From Candidatus Enterousia sp. (GTDB lineage: Bacteria; Pseudomonadota; Alphaproteobacteria; Rs-D84): 64,000 nt of DNA. Every line of letters starts with the position of its first letter. Within the stretch, counting starts at the first letter, position 1. A program made the position numbers and the translations under genes. The notes under the pieces were generated by a model. It did not search any database. It worked only from the letters and a program-made list of their open reading frames with translations, and was not told the DNA's origin. Positions 28,235-40,674 of this stretch are shown in pieces. The stretch covers positions 15,258-79,257 of the forward strand of contig JAZTWT010000016.1 of NCBI GenBank assembly GCA_045636045.1, read 5' to 3'.

Positions 28235-28444
28235 ATTTTCTCCTTTTGTTTAAAACTAATCGAATTATAAACTAATAAATTCAAATAATAAACAAGAAAA
28301 AAGACCAAATTTTATTGATTTTATAGGAAGGTGGCATAGGGTTAACATTATTTTTCTGACTGACTATTTGGTGACCTGTTGAGATATTGTTGAGATTTGC
28401 GCAAATAAATAAAATAAAAAACCGCAGAAAACTGCGGTAAATAC

Positions 28445-28521
28445 TGGCGGGATTGACGGGGCTCGAACCCGCGACCTTCTGCGTGACAGGCAGACGCTCT
28501 AACCAGCTGAGCTACAACCCC
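28445..28521 (-). tRNA. tRNA-Asp (GUC)
   Basis: Reverse complement GGGGTTGTAGCTCAGCTGGTTAGAGCGTCTGCCTGTCACGCAGAAGGTCGCGGGTTCGAGCCCCGTCAATCCCGCCA, anticodon loop CTGTCAC. A terminator hairpin lies downstream at about 28418-28440. Confidence 0.92.
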
Positions 28522-28593
28522 AAAGCGTTGCTAATGTTATACTATTCCCAGAATAAATGCAAGCACTTTTTTTACGGATTTAAAAAAATATTT

Positions 28594-29505
28594 TTAATCT
28601 TTGGCGCGGGGGTGTGCATTTGCATAAATCTGTGTGATTTCTGCCATGTTTACGCGTGTGTACAACTGTGTGGTTGACAACGAAGAATGTCCCAATAATT
28701 CCTGTAAACTACGCAAATCTGCCCCATCTGCCAATAATGCGGTCGCGAATGTATGTCGCAATGCATGTGGTGTCACATAGTCTGGTAATTGCAGATAGTG
28801 ACGCAGGGCCTCAACAACTTTTTCCGCCATGCGTGCAGACATTGGCAGACCGCGCACGCTGCGGAATAATTTGTCGTCCCCATCACTGCCAAATGGGCGC
28901 AATTTTTCATATTTTTCAATCGCGGACCAAACAGCTGGCAACACCGGAACCAATCTTTCTTTGTTGCCTTTGCCGACAATCCGCAATACATTCGGCCGTC
29001 CGCGAACATCTGAATTGGTCAGCCCCAGGGCTTCGGATATACGCAGACCGCATCCAAATAATAATACCACCAGTGCCCAATCACGCGCCGCAATCCATGG
29101 TTCCTGGGCATCAATTTGTTTTATTGCATCATGCATGTTTTCAACATCTATTGGGTCAATCGCCTTGGACAATTTTCTTGGTACGCGTGGCGAAGAAATC
29201 AGACCAATCGCATCATTGACTGTGCCACAGTTTTTTCCCAAGAAACGATAAAACCCACGCAGCGAAGATAGTGCGCGTGCGGTCGATGTTGGTGACATTC
29301 CGTGTCTTTGTCGATTTGCCAAATATGCGCGGAAGCAAATTGTATCTGCCTGGGCAAAATCTGACAGGGTGGGGTGGTGCCCCTGGTAATCAATCATAAA
29401 ATTAATGAAATCACGAACATCATTTTCATACGCCGTTGCCGTGTGTGCAGAATAGTGTTTCACACTGCCCAGGTATTCAATAAAATCCGCCAGAATTTCA
29501 TTCAT
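28594..29505 (-). CDS. tyrosine recombinase XerC/XerD family
   Basis: HALRHTFATALLADGADLRSLQELLGHSSLSTTQLYTRV (R-H-R-Y catalytic set) and an N-terminal SAM-like domain. Confidence 0.85.
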   Translation of the reverse strand: MNEILADFIEYLGSVKHYSAHTATAYENDVRDFINFMIDYQGHHPTLSDFAQADTICFRAYLANRQRHGMSPTSTARALSSLRGFYRFLGKNCGTVNDAIGLISSPRVPRKLSKAIDPIDVENMHDAIKQIDAQEPWIAARDWALVVLLFGCGLRISEALGLTNSDVRGRPNVLRIVGKGNKERLVPVLPAVWSAIEKYEKLRPFGSDGDDKLFRSVRGLPMSARMAEKVVEALRHYLQLPDYVTPHALRHTFATALLADGADLRSLQELLGHSSLSTTQLYTRVNMAEITQIYANAHPRAKD

Positions 29506-29513
29506 ATTTGTCC

Positions 29514-30248
29514 TTATTTTATCTCGAACACTGCGGACACAGAAACAGACAATTCTGCATCCTTGCCAACGATTGTGCCACTGGTATCCATTGCAGCGGC
29601 TTCGGCAATATTCATTTTACTGCGCATCAGGCCGTATGTTGGTACTGCGACATCTGTCATTTGTGTGCCATATGAAATGTTCAGCATTTTACCCACCGTC
29701 CGGCCGTCACCAGCTACCAATGCGGCTGCACGCACACGTGCGTTCTTTGTTGCGTCCCCCAGGCACTTTTCTAATGCGGTCTTGGTAACAGCTGGGCTGG
29801 CATACATCCGCAGGTTTTCTGTAAATACATCCGTTGCACCTGCGAATTGTGCCAAAACATTTTCAATTGTCGTCATACCATTCGCAGAAACTTCAATCGC
29901 GATTGTTGTTTCAATCCCCAGTGTGACAGACTTTTGCTCATCACGATTCCATTCTGTTTTTTCGTATGAATTAAATTGTGTCGTCTGCATTTCAACCGGC
30001 AGTGTTTCCAGTTGTTTGGTTATCTGGGCGGCTTTTTCTGTGGCACGTTTCATTGATTCTGCCGCTGTCGGGGCCAATGTAGTCACGCGCAGTGTGATTG
30101 CAGTCTTGTCTTTTTTGAATGTTGTGATACATTCGCCATTTACAGACACGGTGCGTACTACGGCATTTTGTTCCAGTAATCCGAACGCTATCGCCATGAC
30201 TGCACCTGCGCCAATAACTGTGCCAATCCAAATCAGTGTTTTTTTCAT
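29514..30248 (-). CDS. SIMPL/DUF541 periplasmic protein (BP26-like)
   Basis: 244 aa with a signal/anchor sequence. Length and composition resemble the 26-kDa periplasmic immunogenic protein family. Confidence 0.55.
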   Translation of the reverse strand: MKKTLIWIGTVIGAGAVMAIAFGLLEQNAVVRTVSVNGECITTFKKDKTAITLRVTTLAPTAAESMKRATEKAAQITKQLETLPVEMQTTQFNSYEKTEWNRDEQKSVTLGIETTIAIEVSANGMTTIENVLAQFAGATDVFTENLRMYASPAVTKTALEKCLGDATKNARVRAAALVAGDGRTVGKMLNISYGTQMTDVAVPTYGLMRSKMNIAEAAAMDTSGTIVGKDAELSVSVSAVFEIK

Positions 30249-30268
30249 TTCCTCTCTCCTTTTATTAA

Positions 30269-31261
30269 TTAGCCTAGCATTGCTTTTTTTACGCGTGCCA
30301 ATGTTTCGGCCGCGATCATGCCTGCGCGCTTTGCGCCATCGGCCAGTATTGCATCAATTTCATCTGTATTGGCCATCAGGCGTTCATACTCTGCGCGTGG
30401 TTCTGCCAGGACAGTGTTAATTTTTTCAAACAGAATTGTTTTTGCGGTGCCGTATCCCATGCCTCCTGCGCGGAACATCTCTGCGAATTGTGTGATTTCA
30501 TCATCGGTTGCAAAATGCTTGTACAGTTGATAAATCGTGGATTCGTCAGGGTCTTTTTTATCCTCGGGCAGTTTAGAATCCGTAATAATGCGCATGATTT
30601 TTTTCTTTAATTCCTTTTCTGGCGCAAACAGTGGAATTATGTTGTCATATGATTTACTCATCTTACGGCCATCCAATCCTGGGATTAAACCTGTTTCTTC
30701 GCCGATAACGGGTTCTGGCAGTTTAAACGTGTCGCCGTATATTTTGTTAAAGTATCCGGCAATGTCACGTGCGAACTCGACATGTTGTTTTTGATCGGCA
30801 CCAACTGGCACAATATCAGAATTATACAGCAAGATATCTGCCGTCATCAAAATAGGGTATGTGTACAGCCCCATATTAATCCCTGCATCAACATCTAATC
30901 CTGCGGCAATATTCTTGTCCATTGCAGCCTTATATGAATGTGCGCGGTTCATCAGTCCCTTTGGGGTCACATTGGTCAGCAGTGTGTTCAAATGATAGAT
31001 TTCATTGATGTCCGACTGGCGGAACAACACGGCATTGTTTAAATCCAGCCCCAACGCAATCAGCAATGCAGCAATTTCATATGTGTGCTGCTTAATCTGT
31101 GCGGCATCGTGTATAGTGTTCAATGCGTGCAAATCTGCAATAAACATAAACGTTTTGTATGATTTTGATTGTTCAATCAGCGGTTTTAACGCGCCAACAT
31201 AGTTGCCTAAATGCGGCATACCGGTTGGTTTTATTCCTGTTAATACAATTTTATCTGACAT
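30269..31261 (-). CDS. trpS: tryptophan--tRNA ligase
   Basis: Class I HIGH-like PHLGNYVGA and KMSKS motifs, 330 aa. Confidence 0.92.
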   Translation of the reverse strand: MSDKIVLTGIKPTGMPHLGNYVGALKPLIEQSKSYKTFMFIADLHALNTIHDAAQIKQHTYEIAALLIALGLDLNNAVLFRQSDINEIYHLNTLLTNVTPKGLMNRAHSYKAAMDKNIAAGLDVDAGINMGLYTYPILMTADILLYNSDIVPVGADQKQHVEFARDIAGYFNKIYGDTFKLPEPVIGEETGLIPGLDGRKMSKSYDNIIPLFAPEKELKKKIMRIITDSKLPEDKKDPDESTIYQLYKHFATDDEITQFAEMFRAGGMGYGTAKTILFEKINTVLAEPRAEYERLMANTDEIDAILADGAKRAGMIAAETLARVKKAMLG

Positions 31262-31481
31262 AGTAAAATACCTTTTCTTTTTCTTGTGTTTTATCTTAGT
31301 AATTTATTTTATGAAATGAAAGCCCAAAATTATCAAAGCCCGGGGCAGGGTGCAAAAACTATATGGCGGCAATGCGCCAACATTTGTTTCCAGAAAAGAT
31401 ATAAAAATCTATAAACATCTCACTAATTGTATACAATAACTTTATTTTATGCAATAAAAAACCGCCGTTTGGCGGATTTGA

Positions 31482-31979
31482 TTATTTTCTGCGCGGCTGT
31501 TTAACCTGAATTTTTTGATGGATAATCTTACGATGTGTTTCATCAAATGTTCTGACGGCCTGTTCTGGCGATATGATATCATTCAGATTTTGCAACATTA
31601 ATGGCGCGAATTTTTGTTGCATACCCGACAGTGCATGACGCAACGCTGGATCAACCGGCACATCACGATTTGCGCGTTTTAATACGATCATCATATTCTT
31701 ATAGAATCTGCGTTTCATCATCATGCATGCAAATTTTTCATTTTTGCACAATGCCAAAATCTGATATGCAATATCGTATGTGATATTACCTGTTGAATTT
31801 GGTGATGTTATGATTGCATTTTCCATCGTGCGGAACAGTTCGCCCATATCGTTCATATCTTTCACAAACGCCTTGTTTTCAGGCAGTTCTTTTGATTCTT
31901 TCAGTATGCGGTGTGCCATCTCAAAGGTGTCCTTGACCATAAAATAGTACTGTTCAGAATCTTGCATAAATTCACTCAT
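31482..31979 (-). CDS. hypothetical protein
   Basis: 165-aa ORF directly downstream of dcd, followed by a terminator at about 31458-31480. Confidence 0.4.
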   Translation of the reverse strand: MSEFMQDSEQYYFMVKDTFEMAHRILKESKELPENKAFVKDMNDMGELFRTMENAIITSPNSTGNITYDIAYQILALCKNEKFACMMMKRRFYKNMMIVLKRANRDVPVDPALRHALSGMQQKFAPLMLQNLNDIISPEQAVRTFDETHRKIIHQKIQVKQPRRK

Positions 31980-31990
31980 GCCAAAGCCTT

Positions 31991-32695
31991 TTATCTCTTC
32001 TTTTGAATGAAATCGTCCACTGGTATGACGGCTGCTGCGGTTGGACCGCGTTGCCCGTTATAGTGGCTGGATGGGTTTTTATCATATGGCATACGATTGC
32101 CTGCAAATTTTTCATAGTAGATTTGGCCAATTCGCATGTTCGGATAAACAACTGTTGGGTACAGAACGCGTATTTCCAATGTCCATTCTCCACAGAATCC
32201 GTCATCGCCACGACCTGCGGTATGATGATTTAATATAAAATTGCGTCCGACACTGGATTTTCCGTCAATATACGGGAACAAATTGCGTGTTTCTGTGTAT
32301 TCGATTGTTGAACCCAGATACCCAACATCAGGGGATAAAATTAAACCAGATTTTGGAATTTTTATATCGATTGTTTCATGGTGATTTGGGTTCGTCGGAT
32401 CGATTAAATAGCGCGGATTTCGAATATCATATATGTCTGGATATTTGCAAAACCTTTCATACGTCCTTTCATCAATAAACCAATCACGCATAGAATGATA
32501 TTTTGGGTTTCCTTTATATTCAATCGCAGGTTTCATTCCACCCGGCAATGTGTGCCGGTATACGCGCAGTGTATCCGCCAGATGCAGGTCATAACTGTTT
32601 GAACCTAAACATCTTAAATCAAATGGCTCAATTACTATATCTGGTTTTCTGCCTTCCTGCATTTTGCGCAAAATTTCTGGGCCTGTTAATTGCAT
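31991..32695 (-). CDS. dcd: dCTP deaminase family protein (long form)
   Basis: GSNSYDLHL and GKSSVGR...GFCGEWTLEI...MRIGQI motifs of the dCTP deaminase/dUTPase superfamily. Confidence 0.7.
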   Translation of the reverse strand: MQLTGPEILRKMQEGRKPDIVIEPFDLRCLGSNSYDLHLADTLRVYRHTLPGGMKPAIEYKGNPKYHSMRDWFIDERTYERFCKYPDIYDIRNPRYLIDPTNPNHHETIDIKIPKSGLILSPDVGYLGSTIEYTETRNLFPYIDGKSSVGRNFILNHHTAGRGDDGFCGEWTLEIRVLYPTVVYPNMRIGQIYYEKFAGNRMPYDKNPSSHYNGQRGPTAAAVIPVDDFIQKKR

Positions 32696-32784
32696 ATAAA
32701 AATCCTTTGTTTTCTAATAATCCCAGATTTAGCACAAATCTGCGAATTTGCAAGGTTTTTGTTTACTTTTAAAATAGTTGTGCT

Positions 32785-33693
32785 ATGGTCTTTATTATGA
32801 CAGAAAAAACATATTCCGGCTTTGTTGCCATTATTGGCCCGACGAATGCGGGCAAAAGTACATTGTTAAACCAAATCATGGGGCGTAAAGTATCCATTGT
32901 TTCGCACAAGGTTCAGACCACACGCACACGCCTGCGTGCCATTAAAATGGTGGGTGATAAACAGTTGATATTTGTTGATACTCCCGGCGTATTCAAGCCT
33001 TCGCGTCGTCTGGACCGTGCAATGGTTGCGGCGGCCATGGATGCTGTATCCGATGCCGATGCTGTGTTATTATTGGTTGATGCGCAAAAGGGTATTACTG
33101 AAACAATTCGGGCATTGGCAGAAAAAATTGCCGACCGTCCAAATATATTTGTCGCATTGAACAAGGTTGACGCAATCCCAAAACTGGAACTGCTGCCAAT
33201 GGTTGCGGAAATATCGCAAATGGCGCCATGGTCTGAAATCTTTATGATTTCCGCCTTGAAAAACGATGGTATTGAAAAAATGTTGACCACATTGGCAAAT
33301 GTTATGCCAGAAAGCCCGTACTTATTCGATACGGTTGATGCACCAGATGTGCCTGATGAATTATATTTATCGGAATTAACGCGTGAAAAGATATACAAAT
33401 ACATTCACCAAGAATTGCCATATCATATCAATGTTGTTACCGAACGTGTTGATGTGGATGCGGACGGCGTTCTGGATATATACCAGAAAATTGCAGTGCG
33501 CAATGACGGCCATAAAAAGATTGTTGTTGGTCGTGGTGGTGAACAGTTAAAACGCATTGGCACCGCCGCCCGTCATGATATCCAGGACCAGTGGGGCGTA
33601 AACGCGCGCCTGCACCTGTTTGTTCGTGTTGAGCCCGATTGGGAAGAAAAGGCAGAAAATTACATTGACCAGGGTCTGGAATTTAAGAAGTAA
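32785..33693 (+). CDS. era: GTPase Era
   Basis: G1 GPTNAGKST, G3 DTPG, G4 NKVD, and a C-terminal KH domain. Confidence 0.92.
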   Translation: MVFIMTEKTYSGFVAIIGPTNAGKSTLLNQIMGRKVSIVSHKVQTTRTRLRAIKMVGDKQLIFVDTPGVFKPSRRLDRAMVAAAMDAVSDADAVLLLVDAQKGITETIRALAEKIADRPNIFVALNKVDAIPKLELLPMVAEISQMAPWSEIFMISALKNDGIEKMLTTLANVMPESPYLFDTVDAPDVPDELYLSELTREKIYKYIHQELPYHINVVTERVDVDADGVLDIYQKIAVRNDGHKKIVVGRGGEQLKRIGTAARHDIQDQWGVNARLHLFVRVEPDWEEKAENYIDQGLEFKK

Positions 33694-33696
33694 AGA

Positions 33697-36160
<2,464 letters not shown>

Positions 36161-36223
36161 ATTATTGCAAATGGTAATAATAATCGTTTAAACTCTTTTA
36201 CATAATGTAAAGGAGTTTTTCTT

Positions 36224-37213
36224 ATGCCACGCAAAAAGAAAGAAATTGAAGTAATCGATATGGGCGGCGCAAAAACCGTTAAAAAGAAACAATCTGTCAT
36301 AACATGGACGAAACGCATATTTTCTATAATAACGGTTACATGGTTGGCGTTGGTTGTGTGGGCGCCATTGCATGTGAAAAATACATATTCGTCCCCGATT
36401 AAGAAATCAATCGTTGTGTCTATGTTTTTTGACTTGCAAAAGGGCATTGTAAAGCAATACGAGGCCTTGCTGGACGGTGTTGCGGACTCTATCAATCTGG
36501 AAAAGCCGATTGCGGTTGCGATTAATGGGGTAAAGATGGCAGAAGATACGGTTGATAAAGTGACCGATAAAACTGCCGCCGCCAAGGAAAAAACAGCCGA
36601 AGTTTCAGAAAAAACATCTGGTATAAAAAAGTTAACAGGTTTTGCAAATAAATTCGGTGTTAAAACAGACGGTGTTGACAAAGCGGTTGCATCTGTTGAC
36701 GAAGGTGTGACCAAGGCGAACGCAGCAATCGAGAAAGTAGATAACACTGCAAAACTGGTAAACGAAAAATTGGATTCTGTAAAATCCAACCTGACACGTG
36801 TTGCCCAGACAGAAATTGATAAGGCGCTGGATGCGGCAATAAAAACCGCGTTGGATAAACAATCTGGGGGGCTGGGGACAACATTGCTGACCAATTATGG
36901 TATTGAACATGTTTATCCATGGCGCCCATCCAGTTGGGCTGTGGCGACAAAAATCTATAATGATTTATCTAAATCAGATGTGACGACAATAACTGTTATC
37001 ACAAACACGGTTGATAAATATTTCGGTTATGTTGCGTGGGGGCTGGTTATCGCAGTGTGGGCAATCGGCCTGTATATATGGTTTATGATGTTTAAAAAGG
37101 CAAAATCAATTCTGAAACCATTTAACGTCTGTCCGCGTTGTGGGCATACCTATGCGGATAAGCGTACTGCGCTGGGGTTGCTAAAGGTGTTTCAGCCATG
37201 GACATGGTTTTAA
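36224..37213 (+). CDS. membrane protein with central Ala/Lys-rich helical region and C-terminal CPRCGH motif
   Basis: 329 aa with a good RBS (AAAGGAG), an N-terminal TM helix and a TM pair near the C-terminus. The antisense ORF 36136..36894 is discounted. Confidence 0.5.
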   Translation: MPRKKKEIEVIDMGGAKTVKKKQSVITWTKRIFSIITVTWLALVVWAPLHVKNTYSSPIKKSIVVSMFFDLQKGIVKQYEALLDGVADSINLEKPIAVAINGVKMAEDTVDKVTDKTAAAKEKTAEVSEKTSGIKKLTGFANKFGVKTDGVDKAVASVDEGVTKANAAIEKVDNTAKLVNEKLDSVKSNLTRVAQTEIDKALDAAIKTALDKQSGGLGTTLLTNYGIEHVYPWRPSSWAVATKIYNDLSKSDVTTITVITNTVDKYFGYVAWGLVIAVWAIGLYIWFMMFKKAKSILKPFNVCPRCGHTYADKRTALGLLKVFQPWTWF

Positions 37214-37230
37214 AAACATGGGGGTATAAA

Positions 37231-37485
37231 ATGGCAGAACATAATGTTAATATATCCCAACGGGCCAGTGAATCACCGATACGGACCAAATGGGTTGGTG
37301 GACGTTCTTGGTTTATTGCGATTGCTGTTATTGGAATGTGGGTAAATATTGCTGGGATTAATTCTGGGGTAAAAGAATCAAACAAACTGGAAACCCAAAA
37401 ACTGGAAGAAATGCGTAAACAATATGCGCTGGATTCTCTAAAATTCGAATATATTAAATCGCAGAATCTGCAAAAAGTCCCGTAA
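37231..37485 (+). CDS. small membrane protein
   Basis: 84 aa starting at MAEHNV after a GGGGG RBS, with one TM helix. A terminator follows. Confidence 0.4.
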   Translation: MAEHNVNISQRASESPIRTKWVGGRSWFIAIAVIGMWVNIAGINSGVKESNKLETQKLEEMRKQYALDSLKFEYIKSQNLQKVP

Positions 37486-37560
37486 AATTCGGGACTTTTA
37501 ATTTTTTTATAAAAAACACTTGCAATTATATAAAATATATGTCACTATACATCACGCAAT

Positions 37561-37637
37561 GCGAGCGTAGCTCAGTTGGCTAGAGCGCAACCTTGCCAAG
37601 GTTGAGGTCGAGGGTTCGAGCCCCTTTGCTCGCACCA
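37561..37637 (+). tRNA. tRNA-Gly (GCC)
   Basis: GCGAGCGTAGCTCAGTTGGCTAGAGCGCAACCTTGCCAAGGTTGAGGTCGAGGGTTCGAGCCCCTTTGCTCGCACCA, anticodon loop TTGCCAA. Confidence 0.92.
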
Positions 37638-37843
37638 AAATTTTAAAAACCGTCCGTCAGGGCGGTTTTTTGATTTTGTCGTGTCAAGGGGCGAGTTGCG
37701 AGGCGAGGGGACGGGTGTCCCCGAAGTACTTTGCTCGCACCAAAATTTGTATTCAAGAACAAGTGCAACGCAGTTTGCACAACTATAAATTTGCGCGCAG
37801 TTTACGAGCGAATATTTTAAAAACCGTCCGTCAGGGCGGTTTT
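37624..37843 (+). repeat. direct repeats of the tRNA-Gly 3' end and its terminator
   Basis: The 20-mer CTTTGCTCGCACCAAAATTT occurs at 37624-37643 and 37729-37748. The 30-mer ATTTTAAAAACCGTCCGTCAGGGCGGTTTT occurs at 37640-37669 and 37814-37843. Confidence 0.85.
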
Positions 37844-38936
37844 ATTTTATTTTCTGAATTCTGTTCGGCATCAGTTCTCTCAACCCTTTTTCTATGCGCG
37901 CGGTATTTTTTTTATTCTGTACGCATTCAGTACAGGTATTTTTGTGACAGAAAGCACATTTTACTGTTGGAAAATATTTCATATGTTTTCTTATGCCTTC
38001 GGCGGCATATGTTGCAAATATATCCATATATTTCTTGTATATTTTCGCGTATTCTGGGTATTTTGCAACCTCTAACAGAAAACTGCCGTACAGTTGTATC
38101 AGGGCTGCTGAATATCTGTGTCGCGCCGCCGCAGATGGCATAAAAGAGCAATAGTCTGTCAACGTGCCCGATCGACGGTTATAGTAATATGTACTGTCTT
38201 TGACTGTTGCAATCTTTTTTGCGTGCAGTGTTGCCAGCATACAGAATAAAATGTCTTCGTCCAATGGCATATCAATTTCAAAACGCAGGTTATGTTTTTT
38301 CAGGAAATCGCGGCGATATACCGCAAAGTTTGCACTTTCGCGTTCGTATGCCTGCAATATTGCAACTTCTTTGTTCCTTGGGGTTGTGTCGAATACTCGA
38401 TTGGTTTTATAGTTCAGTGCAGTAATACGCTTTTCATTACTTTGTATTCCAACCTTGCCACCCATCGCAATTTCTGCATTATTGTCACGTGCGGAATTAA
38501 TCATACGCATAAAATATTCTTTGTCGTCCAATGGTGTCTTTGGAAATGTTTTATCCAGCACGCCATTTTGGTACATCATATTACCGTGTGCTGAATCCAT
38601 TGTTGGTTTGTATAAATATTTGTCGCATATTTCATATGATGCCCCAACCATGTCGTCTGAATCAACAAAACTGATATATTCGCCACGCGCCATACACATA
38701 CCGTGGTTTCTTGCCACGGATACACCTTGGTTTTCTTGTTTATACAGTTTAATGTTTGAATATTTTAAGGAATATTCCTGAACGATATCTGCGCCATTAT
38801 CTTCTGACCCGTCATCAACAACAATTACTTGAAAGTCCGGGAATCCATTTTGTACAATAATACTGTCCAGACACTGGCGAATATACGGGGCAGTGTTGTA
38901 CATTGGTATAATAACAGACAGTATTGGTTTCTTCAT
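37842..38936 (-). CDS. family 2 glycosyltransferase
   Basis: ILSVIIPMYN...VVDDGSEDN...DSDD motifs. The start is at MKKPIL. Confidence 0.8.
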   Translation of the reverse strand: MKKPILSVIIPMYNTAPYIRQCLDSIIVQNGFPDFQVIVVDDGSEDNGADIVQEYSLKYSNIKLYKQENQGVSVARNHGMCMARGEYISFVDSDDMVGASYEICDKYLYKPTMDSAHGNMMYQNGVLDKTFPKTPLDDKEYFMRMINSARDNNAEIAMGGKVGIQSNEKRITALNYKTNRVFDTTPRNKEVAILQAYERESANFAVYRRDFLKKHNLRFEIDMPLDEDILFCMLATLHAKKIATVKDSTYYYNRRSGTLTDYCSFMPSAAARHRYSAALIQLYGSFLLEVAKYPEYAKIYKKYMDIFATYAAEGIRKHMKYFPTVKCAFCHKNTCTECVQNKKNTARIEKGLRELMPNRIQKIK

Positions 38937-39124
38937 GTGTTTAAATATAGTATAAAATAACAATTTGTCAACATTATTCGTTTTTTTGTTGCATATTTTT
39001 CTTTACTTTTTTAAAAATGTATATAATAATCAAAATCACAAATTAAACAAAGTAGCACATATAAAATGAGATATACACATAAACGTTTTAATTAATATGG
39101 TGCGACCAACAGATTAACAACTGC

Positions 39125-39154
39125 GGGCGCACTTTTATGCACCCGTTTTTTTTT
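39125..39154 (+). terminator. terminator-like hairpin in the lysS leader
   Basis: gggcgca-ctttta-tgcaccc hairpin followed by T9, ending 25 nt before the lysS ATG. Confidence 0.5.
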
Positions 39155-39178
39155 ATACAAAACCAAAAGGTCATAGAA

Positions 39179-40654
39179 ATGTCAGAAAACACAACAAACA
39201 ACACAATTTCAACAAACGAATTAACTGCACGTCTGCAAAAGGCTGAAAATATCCGTGCGCGTGATGGTGTTGTATGGAAAGACAAATTTGACCGCACGCA
39301 TACCATTGAATCTGCACGCGAATTAGTGGATGGTACGCCTGTGAAATTGGCGGGTCGTGTGACGGCATTGCGTTGGTTGGGTAAACTGATGTTTGGTCGC
39401 ATTTATGATATTAATGGCGAAATTCAGTTTTCTATGTCGCGCGAAGAATTGGGCGAAGAAAACTACAAATTTATGAAGGCAAATGTTGACCTGGGTGACT
39501 TTATTGGTATTACTGGTGAATTGTACCATACGACTGCGGGTGAACTGACGGTTCGGGTTTCTGCATATGAAATCTTGTCCAAGGCTTTGCGCCCATTGCC
39601 AGAAAAATATCATGGTTTGACAGATATGGAAACCCGTTATCGCCAGCGTTATCTGGATATCATTTCAAACCCAGAATCACGCAGCGCATTATTGGGGCGT
39701 TTCAAGATGATGCAGTATTGGCGTGATTTTATGAACGCACGTGGTTTCTTGGAAATTGAAACGCCGATTATGCAGAATATTGCATCTGGTGCGGCGGCAC
39801 GTCCATTTACAACACATCATAATGCACTGGATGCAGATTTCCAGTTGCGTATTTCCCCAGAACTGTTCTTGAAACAGGCGATTGGTGCTGGGTTTGACCG
39901 TGTGTACGAAGTTGCCAAAGACTTCCGCAACGAAGGTATGGATGCTATGCATCTGCAGGAATTTTCCATGGTTGAATGGTATGCTGCATATTGGGACTTT
40001 AACGACAATATCAAATTCACATGGGACTTAATCCAGGAATTATTAATGAAATGTCGTGGCACATTACAGATTGAATACCAGGGAACGAAATTAGATTTTT
40101 CGTCATATGAAATGATTGATTATACAGCCAAAATGAACGAATTCTTTGGATGTGATATTTTGGATTTTGACGATGTTGATGCCCTGCGCCAGAAATTGGT
40201 TGATAATGGTATGTTTCCAATGTCAGAACTAGAAGATTTAAAGTCGATTCCAACATTGGTTGATTATGTGTACAAACGTAAAATTCGCAATGGTATTGTG
40301 AACCCGACATTCTTGTATAACTATCCTGCCTATATGGTACCATTGGCACGCCGCAATGATACGGACGACCGACGCATTGATATGTATCAGTTGTTGGTGT
40401 GCGGTGCCGAGATTTGCAAGGGGTATTCAGAACTTGTAAATCCGATACAGCAGTTGGCGGCATTTGAAGAACAGGCACGCAACATTGCCGATGGTGATGA
40501 AGAAGCCTTTAACCCAGACAATGATTTTGTTCGTGCGATGGAACATGGGTTCCCGCCGATTTCTGGGGTTGGTGTTGGTGTTGACAGATTGGCCAGCATT
40601 ATTTTTGACCAACCAACACTGCGCGACATAATACTGTTTCCGATAATGAAGTGA
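39179..40654 (+). CDS. lysS: lysine--tRNA ligase (class II)
   Basis: OB-fold N-domain and class II motifs (FRNEG, GxGxGxDR: GVGVGVDRL). The start is at MSENTT. Confidence 0.92.
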   Translation: MSENTTNNTISTNELTARLQKAENIRARDGVVWKDKFDRTHTIESARELVDGTPVKLAGRVTALRWLGKLMFGRIYDINGEIQFSMSREELGEENYKFMKANVDLGDFIGITGELYHTTAGELTVRVSAYEILSKALRPLPEKYHGLTDMETRYRQRYLDIISNPESRSALLGRFKMMQYWRDFMNARGFLEIETPIMQNIASGAAARPFTTHHNALDADFQLRISPELFLKQAIGAGFDRVYEVAKDFRNEGMDAMHLQEFSMVEWYAAYWDFNDNIKFTWDLIQELLMKCRGTLQIEYQGTKLDFSSYEMIDYTAKMNEFFGCDILDFDDVDALRQKLVDNGMFPMSELEDLKSIPTLVDYVYKRKIRNGIVNPTFLYNYPAYMVPLARRNDTDDRRIDMYQLLVCGAEICKGYSELVNPIQQLAAFEEQARNIADGDEEAFNPDNDFVRAMEHGFPPISGVGVGVDRLASIIFDQPTLRDIILFPIMK

Positions 40655-40674
40655 TCAAACCAAAGGGGGATTTA

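Noticed and set aside
28377-28397. Direct repeat TGTTGAGAT-N2-TGTTGAGAT upstream of the META lipoprotein gene
   Set aside because: It is a single short pair in an AT-rich promoter region and matches no binding consensus I know (not a DnaA or CtrA box). This is too weak to call.
29374-30420. 348-aa + strand ORF
   Set aside because: It spans the antisense of the xer gene start, the SIMPL gene and the end of trpS, all of which are well supported on the - strand.
39061-39178. T-box riboswitch upstream of lysS
   Set aside because: ATGGTGCGACCAAC only loosely resembles the T-box consensus, and the leader appears too short for the stem I/specifier architecture. It is kept only as a generic attenuator hypothesis.
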